From Chloroflexota bacterium (lineage in GTDB: Bacteria > Chloroflexota > UBA11872 > VXOZ01): DNA of 64,000 bases. The stretch is from the NCBI GenBank assembly GCA_964291655.2, contig OZ219802.1, forward strand, positions 1,120,001 to 1,184,000, given 5' to 3'. The first letter of the stretch is position 1. The number at the start of each line of letters is the position of its first letter. Both the position numbers and the translations under genes were made by a program. This document shows positions 31,522 through 40,500 of the stretch, piece by piece. The notes beneath the pieces are model-generated. The model was not told where the DNA came from. It ran no database searches and saw only the letters and a program-made list of their open reading frames with translations.

Positions 31522-31642
31522 AGCCTTCCAGAGAAGGAAGTCAGCCTTCAAGACAAGGAAGCCGGCCTTGACGACAAGGGCTCCGTCTACAAGAGAAGAA
31601 TGCCAGCCCTTTTGAGATTAGACAGCCGTTCTTCAAGACAAG
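31522..31642. repeat. Degenerate ~21-bp tandem repeat (AGCCTTCAAGACAAGGAAGCC)
   Basis: Units near 31522, 31543, 31564, then decaying. Confidence 0.55.
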
Positions 31643-31689
31643 GTCACCGGCATTCGGGCTGGTCGCAAGTGCCGCGCCGCAGACATACC

Positions 31690-31723
31690 AAGAGCCGGTG
31701 CCTTGTTACGGGCACCGGCTCTT
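31690..31723 (-). terminator. Terminator-like hairpin after surface protein A
   Basis: AAGAGCCGGTGCC..GGCACCGGCTCTT; homologous to 36074-36109. Confidence 0.8.
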
Positions 31724-31845
31724 TCTTATTGTCTCGCGAGGCTGTGCGGGCCCCGTGGCCGTTAGTGCGGGGCGGCTACGCCGTCACACTGCCGGTCACT
31801 GCGGCAAGGTTGTTGCCGCGCGCCCGTTCAGCCACTGTGCGCCGG

Positions 31846-33366
31846 TCACTCGCGGCAATTTGGATAGCCGGCAATCTCATCGGTGCCGCTCGACTGCAAC
31901 GGTCGTCCGATGCGGACGCGACCGCGCCAGCCCGTGTCCGCCGAAGTCATGTCGCACCAGTAGAAGCTGCGCGCCTGGAACGTGGCAATATCCGGAATGT
32001 GCCGCCATGCGCCAGCCGTGAACACATAGTAATCCCCATTAGAATCCACCAGTTGATTCTCGGCAGGATGCATTTCATCCAATGGGATCGCGTTCACAAT
32101 GCTCTGCGGGAACGTCCAGAAGTCCAGCACGTCTTGCCACGGCACCTGGTACCGCTCGGCGCTATCGGGGGCAATCCAGACACGGACCACCCGGTTGTCG
32201 GACTCGCGAACTACCACTCCGTAGGTCTGGCCCAGGCCCTCATCGCGAATGTAGCCATTGCGATTGAAGCCGCGGGAGCCGTCCGGACCAATGTAGCCAA
32301 TGTTCATGAAGAAGTCCTGGCCTCGGCTCAGGTCGAAGTGGATGCGACTGTCACCCACTCGCGTAACCCGTGCCGCGCTGGTTCTCCCAACGAGTGTGAC
32401 CGGCTGCGGGGTCGGACTCGCAGACGGCCCCGGTGTCGATGTTGCTGCCGCTGTGCCAATAGAATCGGACCACTCGAAGGTTTCCTCAAAGTCACTCTCA
32501 AGGTCAGGAGGATTACCATCGTCGTCTCGCAGGTCGGCAAAGGTGATATCGAACTCATAGGAGAATTCAATCCGCGCGGCAGCGGCGTCATCCTCGGTCA
32601 ACGTGTACTTCTTCGATTCCGGCGTGCCTTGGGATCCCGTTCTAAGCGGCCGAATGATGAACAGCAATCCCCTGGGGCTGCTCGAAGACCCAATCTCGTC
32701 GCCATTCGCGTCATACAACTGCTTGCGGATACGTACCAGCTTTGTTCTGAACAGCCAAAACTCGCCGGTAGTCACCGCCAACGTGAACGTAACATCCTCG
32801 CCCTCGGCAAACCTCCTAGGCGGGGTCATGTCCATGACCACACCCACTTCCGATATTTCCTCGGTCGTGGTTTCGGCCTTTCTGACCACGACCACGGGAA
32901 CCTTGTTGCTCTTGATGGTGACAGAATTATGGATTCTTGTGTCTGCGTGACCAGGCACGAAATTAAGTTGGAATTGAATGAGCGCAGTACGACGCCCGGC
33001 AGCGCCGAGATCCGCTGGCTGAACCAAATACTTTACTTCCTTGGAGAAGAAGATCTTTCCCCCCTCAAGGCTGTCTGATAGGGTATCGCCAAGCATTTCG
33101 GGACCAAATCCACCGCCGGTAACACTACTCAACTGAGCCTTGAAGGGGACAGAATGTTCAGCGTTCCGACTCACAAAGACCTCAAATGTCAGTACTGTCC
33201 CAACCTTTACCGTTGTCTTGTTGTCTATACGACCGATCGACAACGCTATGCCGTAGTCATCGTCATCCTCGACATCAATGGGACCATGGGCGGACACCGT
33301 TAGCAGCGAGGCTCCCAGCAGCACAAGCGCCAGCAAGATGCTCAACAAACGAGACACAGGTCTCAC
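31846..33366 (-). CDS. Secreted surface/S-layer-like protein A, unknown family
   Basis: Sec signal peptide, T/P-rich linker, C-terminal ~170 aa shared with 36230-37813; GAAAGGA RBS. Confidence 0.8.
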   Translation of the reverse strand: MRPVSRLLSILLALVLLGASLLTVSAHGPIDVEDDDDYGIALSIGRIDNKTTVKVGTVLTFEVFVSRNAEHSVPFKAQLSSVTGGGFGPEMLGDTLSDSLEGGKIFFSKEVKYLVQPADLGAAGRRTALIQFQLNFVPGHADTRIHNSVTIKSNKVPVVVVRKAETTTEEISEVGVVMDMTPPRRFAEGEDVTFTLAVTTGEFWLFRTKLVRIRKQLYDANGDEIGSSSSPRGLLFIIRPLRTGSQGTPESKKYTLTEDDAAAARIEFSYEFDITFADLRDDDGNPPDLESDFEETFEWSDSIGTAAATSTPGPSASPTPQPVTLVGRTSAARVTRVGDSRIHFDLSRGQDFFMNIGYIGPDGSRGFNRNGYIRDEGLGQTYGVVVRESDNRVVRVWIAPDSAERYQVPWQDVLDFWTFPQSIVNAIPLDEMHPAENQLVDSNGDYYVFTAGAWRHIPDIATFQARSFYWCDMTSADTGWRGRVRIGRPLQSSGTDEIAGYPNCRE

Positions 33367-33744
33367 AGTTTCCTATCCTTTCACTAGAACGTCTGCTTCC
33401 TTAGAGCAGAACCGTTTCCAATTGCAAAGCAGAAGAGAGATCGAAAGAGACACCCGATTCCGGGTAATTGGAACGCGTTGGCGAATAGGCTCCCTTCTTA
33501 ATGGCTATTCCGCGCGCAGGCGGAATCGTGCGGATATGTCACAGTCTCCGGAAGGTAGACTAGTGGGGAGATCGTTGCTGACCTGGTCGGTAGCGCCAGG
33601 AGCACGGTACGCTAATGCAGAACACATCTCTCTGATCTTCATGCGCACCTACAGCGTCCACCTCCGCACCGCGGAGTGCGGCATGGCGGGCGTACGCTTT
33701 GCGGTCTTGCTTAAAAGTGTAGCAGAGTGGCCTGTTTGCTGCAA
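33367..33744 (-). promoter_or_regulatory. Promoter TTGCAG-N17-TACACT (extended -10) and ~340-nt structured 5' leader of protein A
   Basis: -35 at 33744-33739, -10 at 33721-33716; homologous to 37814-38151. Confidence 0.65.
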
Positions 33745-33995
33745 GAGGTACACACGTCGGCGGAATTGACGGGTATGTAACCTCAATCTCATGGTACCTT
33801 CTCACTATCGCCGCGTTGCACGGCTATTCTGCGACGCATTGGCATCACCCTCACCCCTGTATCCAGTACGGGGGTGAGGGTGAATCTACCGAAATCTCTC
33901 CATATGCACACCGACTCTGCCCTGATACGTCTTGCCACTACCCAGCGTAAAGGGCCATTGTAGCAAAAAGACCCCCCTCACCCCGGCCCTCTCCC

Positions 33996-34283
33996 TGTAC
34001 AGACCGGGGACATAGGTAACAGTTGTTCGGGGACATGGGTTACACATTTTACTGATTGACACCTACGAGAGCATTGGGTTGGTCCGGGTTTGATAAGAGA
34101 CTGGCGACACAGTGCACTCACTTTCAGCCTGTCAGCTTGTGCCAGAGAAACAAACTGTGTGCATAAGGATATTGAGCGGATCTAACTTTCAAGGCAAGGA
34201 CATCGCATACTACGAAAATCCCCTCGTTCTATGGTGTAACCTATGTGCCCGAACATGTGTAACCCATGTACCCGGTCTATACA
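33996..34283 (-). mobile_element. IS481-derived MITE A1 (288 bp)
   Basis: TGT..ACA ends matching the IS at 40501-41765; CTCCC duplication. Confidence 0.92.
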
Positions 34284-34350
34284 CTCCCCCAGGAGAGGGA
34301 GTGCCTCTGCTTGCAAGTGGGGTTGTGCAATGGTCTCCCCAGGGAGAGCA

Positions 34351-34489
34351 AACTGGATTCTCATTCCCCTCTCCGACTCCCTCTCCCCGGGGGAGAGGAA
34401 ACTGGAGACTTATTCCCTCATCTGACTCCCTCTCTCCAGGGGAGAGGAAACTGAACACTTACTCCCTCATCTGACTCCCTCTCCCCGGG
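34351..34489. repeat. About 3 x 49-bp tandem hairpin repeat
   Basis: AACTG..TCCCTCATCTGACTCCCTCTCCCC..GGAGAGG at 34351, 34400, 34449. Confidence 0.8.
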
Positions 34490-34777
34490 TGTATAGACCG
34501 GGTACATGGGTTACACATGTTCGGGCACATAGGTTACACCATAGAACGAGGGGATTTTCGTAGTATGCGATGTCCTTGCCTTGAAAGTTAGATCCGCTCA
34601 ATATCCTTATGCACACAGTTTGTTTCTCTGGCACAAGCTGACAGGCTGAAAGTGAGTGCACTGTGTCGCCAGTCTCTTATCAAACCCGGACCAACCCAAT
34701 GCTCTCGTAGGTGTCAATCAGTAAAATGTGTAACCCATGTCCCCGAACAACTGTTACCTATGTCCCCGGTCTGTACA
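34490..34777 (+). mobile_element. IS481-derived MITE A2 (288 bp), inverted to A1
   Basis: Appears identical to A1 and A3; only GGG shared by the flanks. Confidence 0.92.
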
Positions 34778-35250
34778 GGGAGAGGGTCGGGGTGAGGGGA
34801 TTTCTGCTTTGCCCATCCTCTTTAACAGGTAGACCGATACGCCAATGTGCAGTAACGGGAAATCTTGGCTCCCAGTTTGCGGGACTCTCCCCTCTCACCT
34901 CCGTATGCGGAAATCTCCCCCTCACCCTAGCCCTCTCCCCGAGGAGAGGGGACAAGATGCTCTCGACCGCTATTGATCCCTCTCGCCGGCCACTGGGGAT
35001 AAGTCCTCTCCCGGCCGCTCTTGCTCCCTGTTCCCGACCGCTGGGGACGAGTCCTCTCCTGGCCATTCTTCCTCCCCTCACCCTAGCCCTCTCCCCGAGG
35101 AGAGGGGACAAGATGCTCCCGGTCACTCTTGCTCCCTATCGTTTGCCACTGGGGCTAGATTACGCGTAGTCTCTCTTGTTCCCTTTACCCGGCCGCTGGG
35201 GATGAATCCTCTCCTGGCTGTTCTTCCTCCCCTCACCCTAGCCCTCTCCC

Positions 35251-35538
35251 TGTATAGACCGGGTACATGGGTTACACATGTTCGGGCACATAGGTTACAC
35301 CATAGAACGAGGGGATTTTCGTAGTATGCGATGTCCTTGCCTTGAAAGTTAGATCCGCTCAATATCCTTATGCACACAGTTTGTTTCTCTGGCACAAGCT
35401 GACAGGCTGAAAGTGAGTGCACTGTGTCGCCAGTCTCTTATCAAACCCGGACCAACCCAATGCTCTCGTAGGTGTCAATCAGTAAAATGTGTAACCCATG
35501 TCCCCGAACAACTGTTACCTATGTCCCCGGTCTGTACA
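35251..35538 (+). mobile_element. IS481-derived MITE A3 (288 bp)
   Basis: CTCCC duplication; empty-site copies at about 34916-34962 and 35073-35120. Confidence 0.92.
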
Positions 35539-36073
35539 CTCCCCAAGGAGAGGGGACAAGACCCGGAGCTCGCTTTCCTCCTCTTCCCGGCCGCTGGGGA
35601 TGAGTCCTCTCCCGGCCGCTCTTGCTCCCTCTCCCGGTGGAGACCTTTGCGCAACTCAAGCGGTAGCGAAATAGTTCCCTCTCCCTCGACGGGAGAGGGC
35701 TAGGGTGAGGGTGAGTCTCCTGAAATCTCTCCATATGCACACCGATTCTGCCCTGATATGTCTTGACACTGCCCAGCGTAAAGGGTCATCGTAGCAAAAG
35801 CCCCCCTCACCCCAACCCTCTCCCCCAGGAGAGGGAGTGCCCCTGCTTGAAAGTGGGGTTATGCAAAGGTCTCCGGTGGGAGAGGGTTGGGGTGAGGGGG
35901 AGAACGAAGATGTGCCTATGGCATACGCAGTGGGTACGCCTAGGCACATGGAATGGACGCGCGAATTATACGATTACTGCGTCACAATGGTGACACGCTT
36001 CACAGAGGATGCATTCCGATCTGGACGCCCTCCTTCGAGCAGGCGCTCTGAGGAGCACGTCCAATTAAATATA

Positions 36074-36109
36074 CAAGAGCCGGTGTCCTGCCACAGACAC
36101 CGGCTCTTG
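36074..36109 (-). terminator. Terminator-like hairpin after surface protein B
   Basis: CAAGAGCCGGTGTC..GACACCGGCTCTTG. Confidence 0.8.
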
Positions 36110-36229
36110 CCGTAGCATAAGGAGACTGTACAGACCCCCCGGGCCGCTAGCGTGCGGTCATCACGCTTCTGCTGTCCCGGATACTGATAACACTAAGTGT
36201 AACCTGCCCATACAGCTTTAATGCATCCT

Positions 36230-37813
36230 TTACGAGTGGCACACAGGATAATCGGGATCCTCAGTGTCACCACTGGAAGGCAACGCCTGTCCAAGTTGGA
36301 TATTGTCGGCCCAGCCCTCAGCAGCCGTCGTCAAGTCGCAATAGAAATAGCCACGCGACTGGAACGTCGGGATGTTGGGGATGTGCCGCCATGCGCCGCC
36401 TGTGTAGGCGTACCACGTGCCGCCGGCATCAACCAGTTGGTTCGGCGCCGGTGCCGTGTGATCCAGCGGGATGGCATTCACAACGTCCTTCGGCACGTTG
36501 TAGAAGTCCAGCACCGCAACCCAGTCAATGTCACCCACGTGAGGACTGGCCGATGAGATCCAGACACGCACGATCGCGCCATCGGACTCACGGGCCACCA
36601 CCGCGTAGGTCTGACCGAGGTTACTGTCGCGGATGTAACCGTTGGAATGCGGCTCGAGCGTGCCGTCGGCAGCCAGAACACCAACGCCAAGGCTGAAGTT
36701 GGTGCCGCCGTCATGCCGCTCGACGTCAACGAGGTTGCCCGCGCCCTTCGTCACCGTGGCCGCTTCGGTCATACCGACCGGCGGCTCCGGCGTGGCTTCC
36801 GGCTCAGGAGCAGCGACAGGCAACGTCAGAAGGATACCCTCTGAGGTCTCTATCGTGTCTAGCGTGTCATCGTCCTTGTTGAAGTCAGTTCGCTCTTCCT
36901 GAGGCAGAGCGCCGGTGTCGAGCACGGCAGCATCATTCTTTGTGATATCGGCCTCATTGATGTCGAGCTCATAGGAGAACTCTATGGACCCACCCTCATC
37001 GAGGGCGTCGACGTCCGCTTGCGACAGCGTGTAATCCGCCTCAATGGCGGAACTCGTCGAATTGGTCTTGAGGTCATCAATCTGCATCGCGGCTACCGGC
37101 AGCGCAACGCCGTCATCCTCGCCGTCAGCGTCTTTCACCTGCTTCATGATGAGGAAGCTGCCGCCTCTGTACCGGTAATCGGCTGTCGAAACTGTCAACG
37201 AGAACTCGATCTCGTTGCCCTTTTCAATCTCAGGCACCACAGGATCGGCAAAGTCCAGCACCACACCGGTAGCGCCGCCCTCTGCAGCCGGCCTAGTTTC
37301 AATCAGGATGGCATCTGAGGCCGTAACCTCTGAGTCAGCCGCAGCAATTTCATGTTCGTCGTCGGCGTTGTTAGCGACAAAATGGTCAGCCGTAAACGCG
37401 AGCGTCCACTCCAAGGTGAGCGTGCGGCTGGAAACACCTGTATCCAAACCAGGAACCTCGTACGTGACTTCCGCTTCATGGAACGTCGACGTGGCGATTG
37501 TACCCGCGTCTACCACAGTGTCCTCGGCGTATATTGCGAATGCCGCAACATCGTCGGAGCTATCAGCAGTTCCATCAGGCCCCACCACTGTGGCGCTCGT
37601 GATACTATGGTCACCAAGCCGGTAGACAGTGATCATGAACGTCAACTCATCACCGGGATAAATCGCATCCGGCGGATCTACCATGACGACTGACATGGTG
37701 GCATACGATTCACCATCCGCGTCGGTAGTTGCATCTGCTGACGCCGTCGCCATCGACAGACCCATCAGTATGAGCGCTATAAAGACGCTCAACAAACGAG
37801 ACAATTGTCTCAC
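36230..37813 (-). CDS. Secreted acidic surface/S-layer-like protein B, paralog of A
   Basis: MRQLSRLLS signal peptide, D/E/T/A rich, PEPEATPEP linker, shared C-terminal domain. Confidence 0.8.
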   Translation of the reverse strand: MRQLSRLLSVFIALILMGLSMATASADATTDADGESYATMSVVMVDPPDAIYPGDELTFMITVYRLGDHSITSATVVGPDGTADSSDDVAAFAIYAEDTVVDAGTIATSTFHEAEVTYEVPGLDTGVSSRTLTLEWTLAFTADHFVANNADDEHEIAAADSEVTASDAILIETRPAAEGGATGVVLDFADPVVPEIEKGNEIEFSLTVSTADYRYRGGSFLIMKQVKDADGEDDGVALPVAAMQIDDLKTNSTSSAIEADYTLSQADVDALDEGGSIEFSYELDINEADITKNDAAVLDTGALPQEERTDFNKDDDTLDTIETSEGILLTLPVAAPEPEATPEPPVGMTEAATVTKGAGNLVDVERHDGGTNFSLGVGVLAADGTLEPHSNGYIRDSNLGQTYAVVARESDGAIVRVWISSASPHVGDIDWVAVLDFYNVPKDVVNAIPLDHTAPAPNQLVDAGGTWYAYTGGAWRHIPNIPTFQSRGYFYCDLTTAAEGWADNIQLGQALPSSGDTEDPDYPVCHS

Positions 37814-38151
37814 AGTCCTTTCCTTTCACTAGATTGTCTGCTTCCGTGAAGCAGACCTAGAAATCTCGAATTAACACCCAACATTACCGGGCTATTCCGG
37901 CGCGTGCATGAAGATACACTCCCTTCTTGAATTGCTATCCCGCGCTGAGGGGGAATCGTGGGTGTACGTCACACTCCCCAGGGTGGCAGACCAGGGTGGT
38001 CATTGCTGACCCGACCGTTGACGCCAATAGCACGGTATGTTGATACGAGACAATACATGCTGACATTACTGTGCGCCCACGGCGTCATTTATCGTGAGCG
38101 TGCACTCGTCAGCTCGCCCTGTAGTGTAACAGACCACCCCAGGCCATGCAA
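37814..38151 (-). promoter_or_regulatory. Promoter TTGCAT-N17-TACACT (extended -10) and ~300-nt structured 5' leader of protein B
   Basis: -35 at 38151-38146, -10 at 38128-38123. Confidence 0.65.
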
Positions 38152-38287
38152 GAGGTAATCGCGAAAAAACAGCAAAACGACCGGGCGACAAAATAGGCTG
38201 ACTCGCTCCGACCCGACGGGTGTCGCTGTTCGCACGGTACACTTGTAGGGACAAAGCCAATGGACTTTCTCCTGCCCACGAAGGCTG

Positions 38288-38344
38288 CGCAACTATAATT
38301 TGCGCTCGCAACTATAGGTTGCGCCCGCATCTATAAAGATACGC
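38288..38344. repeat. 3 x 19-bp tandem semi-palindromes (CGCAACTATAGGTTGCG)
   Basis: Units at 38288, 38307, 38326. Confidence 0.7.
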
Positions 38345-38531
38345 CTGCATCATGGGTGTGCGCTTGTCAGCGCATTCCAGTGTAGCAAAGGGCCAAGACC
38401 AGTGCAAGCACAACTCATTGCCAACCTCAGGGTATTGCTGCATCACCACCTGGCGCGGTCCCGCAGCCGCCCTTGCCCGACCCAACCACAGAGACCCCGC
38501 GACCAGGGGACGGGGCGGACTTGGCGAGACC

Positions 38532-40223
38532 CTACCTTGCAACTGCGCATCTCTGCCATGCAATCGTAGGCCGGAGCGGGACACATTTCCCCTCACCCCG
38601 GCCCTCTCCCCCAGGGAGAGGGAGCAGAGTACGGAGGCGAGAGGGGGGGAATCCCCTCTCCTGGGGAGGCTGTCTCAATATTTTGGTGCGGGGCACGGTG
38701 AATGGGGTGAGAAGGACAGACAGATGGCGGGTGGTATGAACAAGACGGTGCCAGTGAGAGACTCGTCCCCGGGGCGACGCTGGACTACACCCAGACCGCC
38801 ACAGGGCGTGGAGGCTCTTGAGATTGAACGCGGTGGCCAGCAGGTGCCATTCGGACGTCACGTGGCTGCGGCCTCTGAGCAGGAAGCGCCTGGCACTGTG
38901 CCACTCCTTGAGCAGGCCAAAGACCGGCTCGACGATGGTACTCCGGCGGCGGTACACCTGCTTGGCAGGCGCGGTGGCCATCAACTGCCTGTGCCGTTGC
39001 AGTATTGGCTCGTAGGCGCTGATCTTTATGGAGCGGCCCCTCTGGGAGGAGGTGCAGACGCCGAAGGCCGGACAGGTTCTGCAGTCCCGGCCGTTGGCTT
39101 GGTACCGCTTGACCCGGTAGCCGTTGCTGTGGGTCAAGCGGTGCGTGTAGGTGAGCACCTTTTGCTGGGGACACAGGTAGGTGTCGGTCTCTGGACGGTA
39201 GGTGAAGTGGTCTTTATGGTAGGGGTTGCGGCGTCTGCGCTCGTGGGTCGTGGGCATCAATACCGTGTGGCCGCCGGCGTGGCACGTGGCGAGGTTGGCC
39301 CCCGAATGGTAGCCGGCGTCCGCAACGGTCACCACGTCCCGCGCGGCGTCGATGTTCTCCTGCGCCGCCTCGATCAGCGGCGCCAGGTGGGGATGGTCGT
39401 CGGCACTGGCGCTCACGTCCACGGCTGTGATCAACCTCCCCCCTGCGCCCTCGTCCGGGGACGCAAGAGGGGAGACCAGCGCCTGGGCGTTGTAGCCGGT
39501 GATGAAGCCACCCATGCCAGTCTTGAGCAGGGCCGCGTCCGCATCAGTCAGGTTCGTGTAGCGCGGCCCGTCCTCAGCCGCGACGCGGGCGAGCGCGTCG
39601 TCCACCCGCCGCCGCAGGGCCTGGGCATCGGCAAGTTCCTGCGGCAAAGTCGCTGGCGGCGCGTCGCCCCCCGTGGCGTTCTGCGCCTCCAGGTCCGCGA
39701 TCGCTTGCTCGGTGCGGGACAACAGCCGCTGCAGCCCCTGCGCGTCGTGGGTATGCCGCGTCCCGGCGTTGGCCGCGATCCTGGTGCCGTCCACCGCCTG
39801 GATTGCCAACTCCACCAGGCCGGCTCGCACCGCCGTGCGCACCGTGCGCTTGAGCAGCGTCCGCATCCGGTCGCGGTGCGCCTTGTAGAAGCGCCACAGC
39901 GTGTTGTGGTCCGGCTGCTGCATCCCCACCAGCCACAGGTACGGTACCTGATCCCGGCAGGCTGCCTCCAGCTTGCGGCTCGAGCGCACGCCGGTCATGA
40001 AGCCGTAGACCCATACGCCCAGCAGCGCGCGCGGATGGTAGGCCCCGGCGCCACGCGGATCGCCTTGCAGGTCAATCTCCATCGCCTCCCAGGCCGCAGC
40101 ATCGAGGCTGTCCACGAACGCTGCCGCAAACCTGACAGGATGGTCGTCCGGGATCAGTTCGTCCAGCGTCGGCGGCAACAGCCAGGCCTGTTCACGACTA
40201 AACGGTCTCAACGGCATCGTCAC
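38532..40223 (-). CDS. IS1182-family DDE transposase (frame runs past the TIR)
   Basis: Q..LLPP.LDELIP.DHP, YHPR.LL, SSRKLE, PDH.T..RF, AVDGT.I.ANA, TDADA, ADAGY, VEPVFG. Confidence 0.93.
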   Translation of the reverse strand: MTMPLRPFSREQAWLLPPTLDELIPDDHPVRFAAAFVDSLDAAAWEAMEIDLQGDPRGAGAYHPRALLGVWVYGFMTGVRSSRKLEAACRDQVPYLWLVGMQQPDHNTLWRFYKAHRDRMRTLLKRTVRTAVRAGLVELAIQAVDGTRIAANAGTRHTHDAQGLQRLLSRTEQAIADLEAQNATGGDAPPATLPQELADAQALRRRVDDALARVAAEDGPRYTNLTDADAALLKTGMGGFITGYNAQALVSPLASPDEGAGGRLITAVDVSASADDHPHLAPLIEAAQENIDAARDVVTVADAGYHSGANLATCHAGGHTVLMPTTHERRRRNPYHKDHFTYRPETDTYLCPQQKVLTYTHRLTHSNGYRVKRYQANGRDCRTCPAFGVCTSSQRGRSIKISAYEPILQRHRQLMATAPAKQVYRRRSTIVEPVFGLLKEWHSARRFLLRGRSHVTSEWHLLATAFNLKSLHALWRSGCSPASPRGRVSHWHRLVHTTRHLSVLLTPFTVPRTKILRQPPQERGFPPSRLRTLLPLPGGEGRGEGKCVPLRPTIAWQRCAVAR

Positions 40224-40310
40224 TACCTCTCTACAAACTATCCCACCACCTCACCTTGCTTCTCTTCACACCAGTATATATCCAGTAGATCTATTTTTGA
40301 GACACCCTCT
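38666..40310 (-). mobile_element. IS1182-family insertion sequence in a REP hairpin
   Basis: TIR GAGGCTGTCTCAA / TTGAGACACCCTC (12/13); probable TGGG duplication; right boundary uncertain by 1 bp. Confidence 0.88.
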
Positions 40311-40500
40311 TGGGGAGAGGGAGCAGAGTACGGGGGCAAGGGGCGGGGGAAGTCCCCTCTCCTTGGGGAGAGGGTTAGGGTGAGGGGGAGATTACCGCAA
40401 ACTGGGAGCCTCTTTTCCCGGTTATTGCACTCTTGCGTATCGGTCTTGCAGTTAAGGTGGATGGGGTACGCAGAAATCCCCTCACCCCGGCCCTCTCCCC

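Noticed and set aside
31315-33078. 587-aa + strand ORF
   Set aside because: Antisense to surface protein A and crosses its terminator; Arg/His-rich shadow composition.
33560-33805. Leader peptide ORF upstream of protein A
   Set aside because: It starts upstream of the predicted promoter, and the homologous frame in the B leader is stopped.
34112-35703. Repeated ORFs MHSLSACQ.. and MSALCRQS..
   Set aside because: Translations of identical MITE copies running into different flanks; not independent genes.
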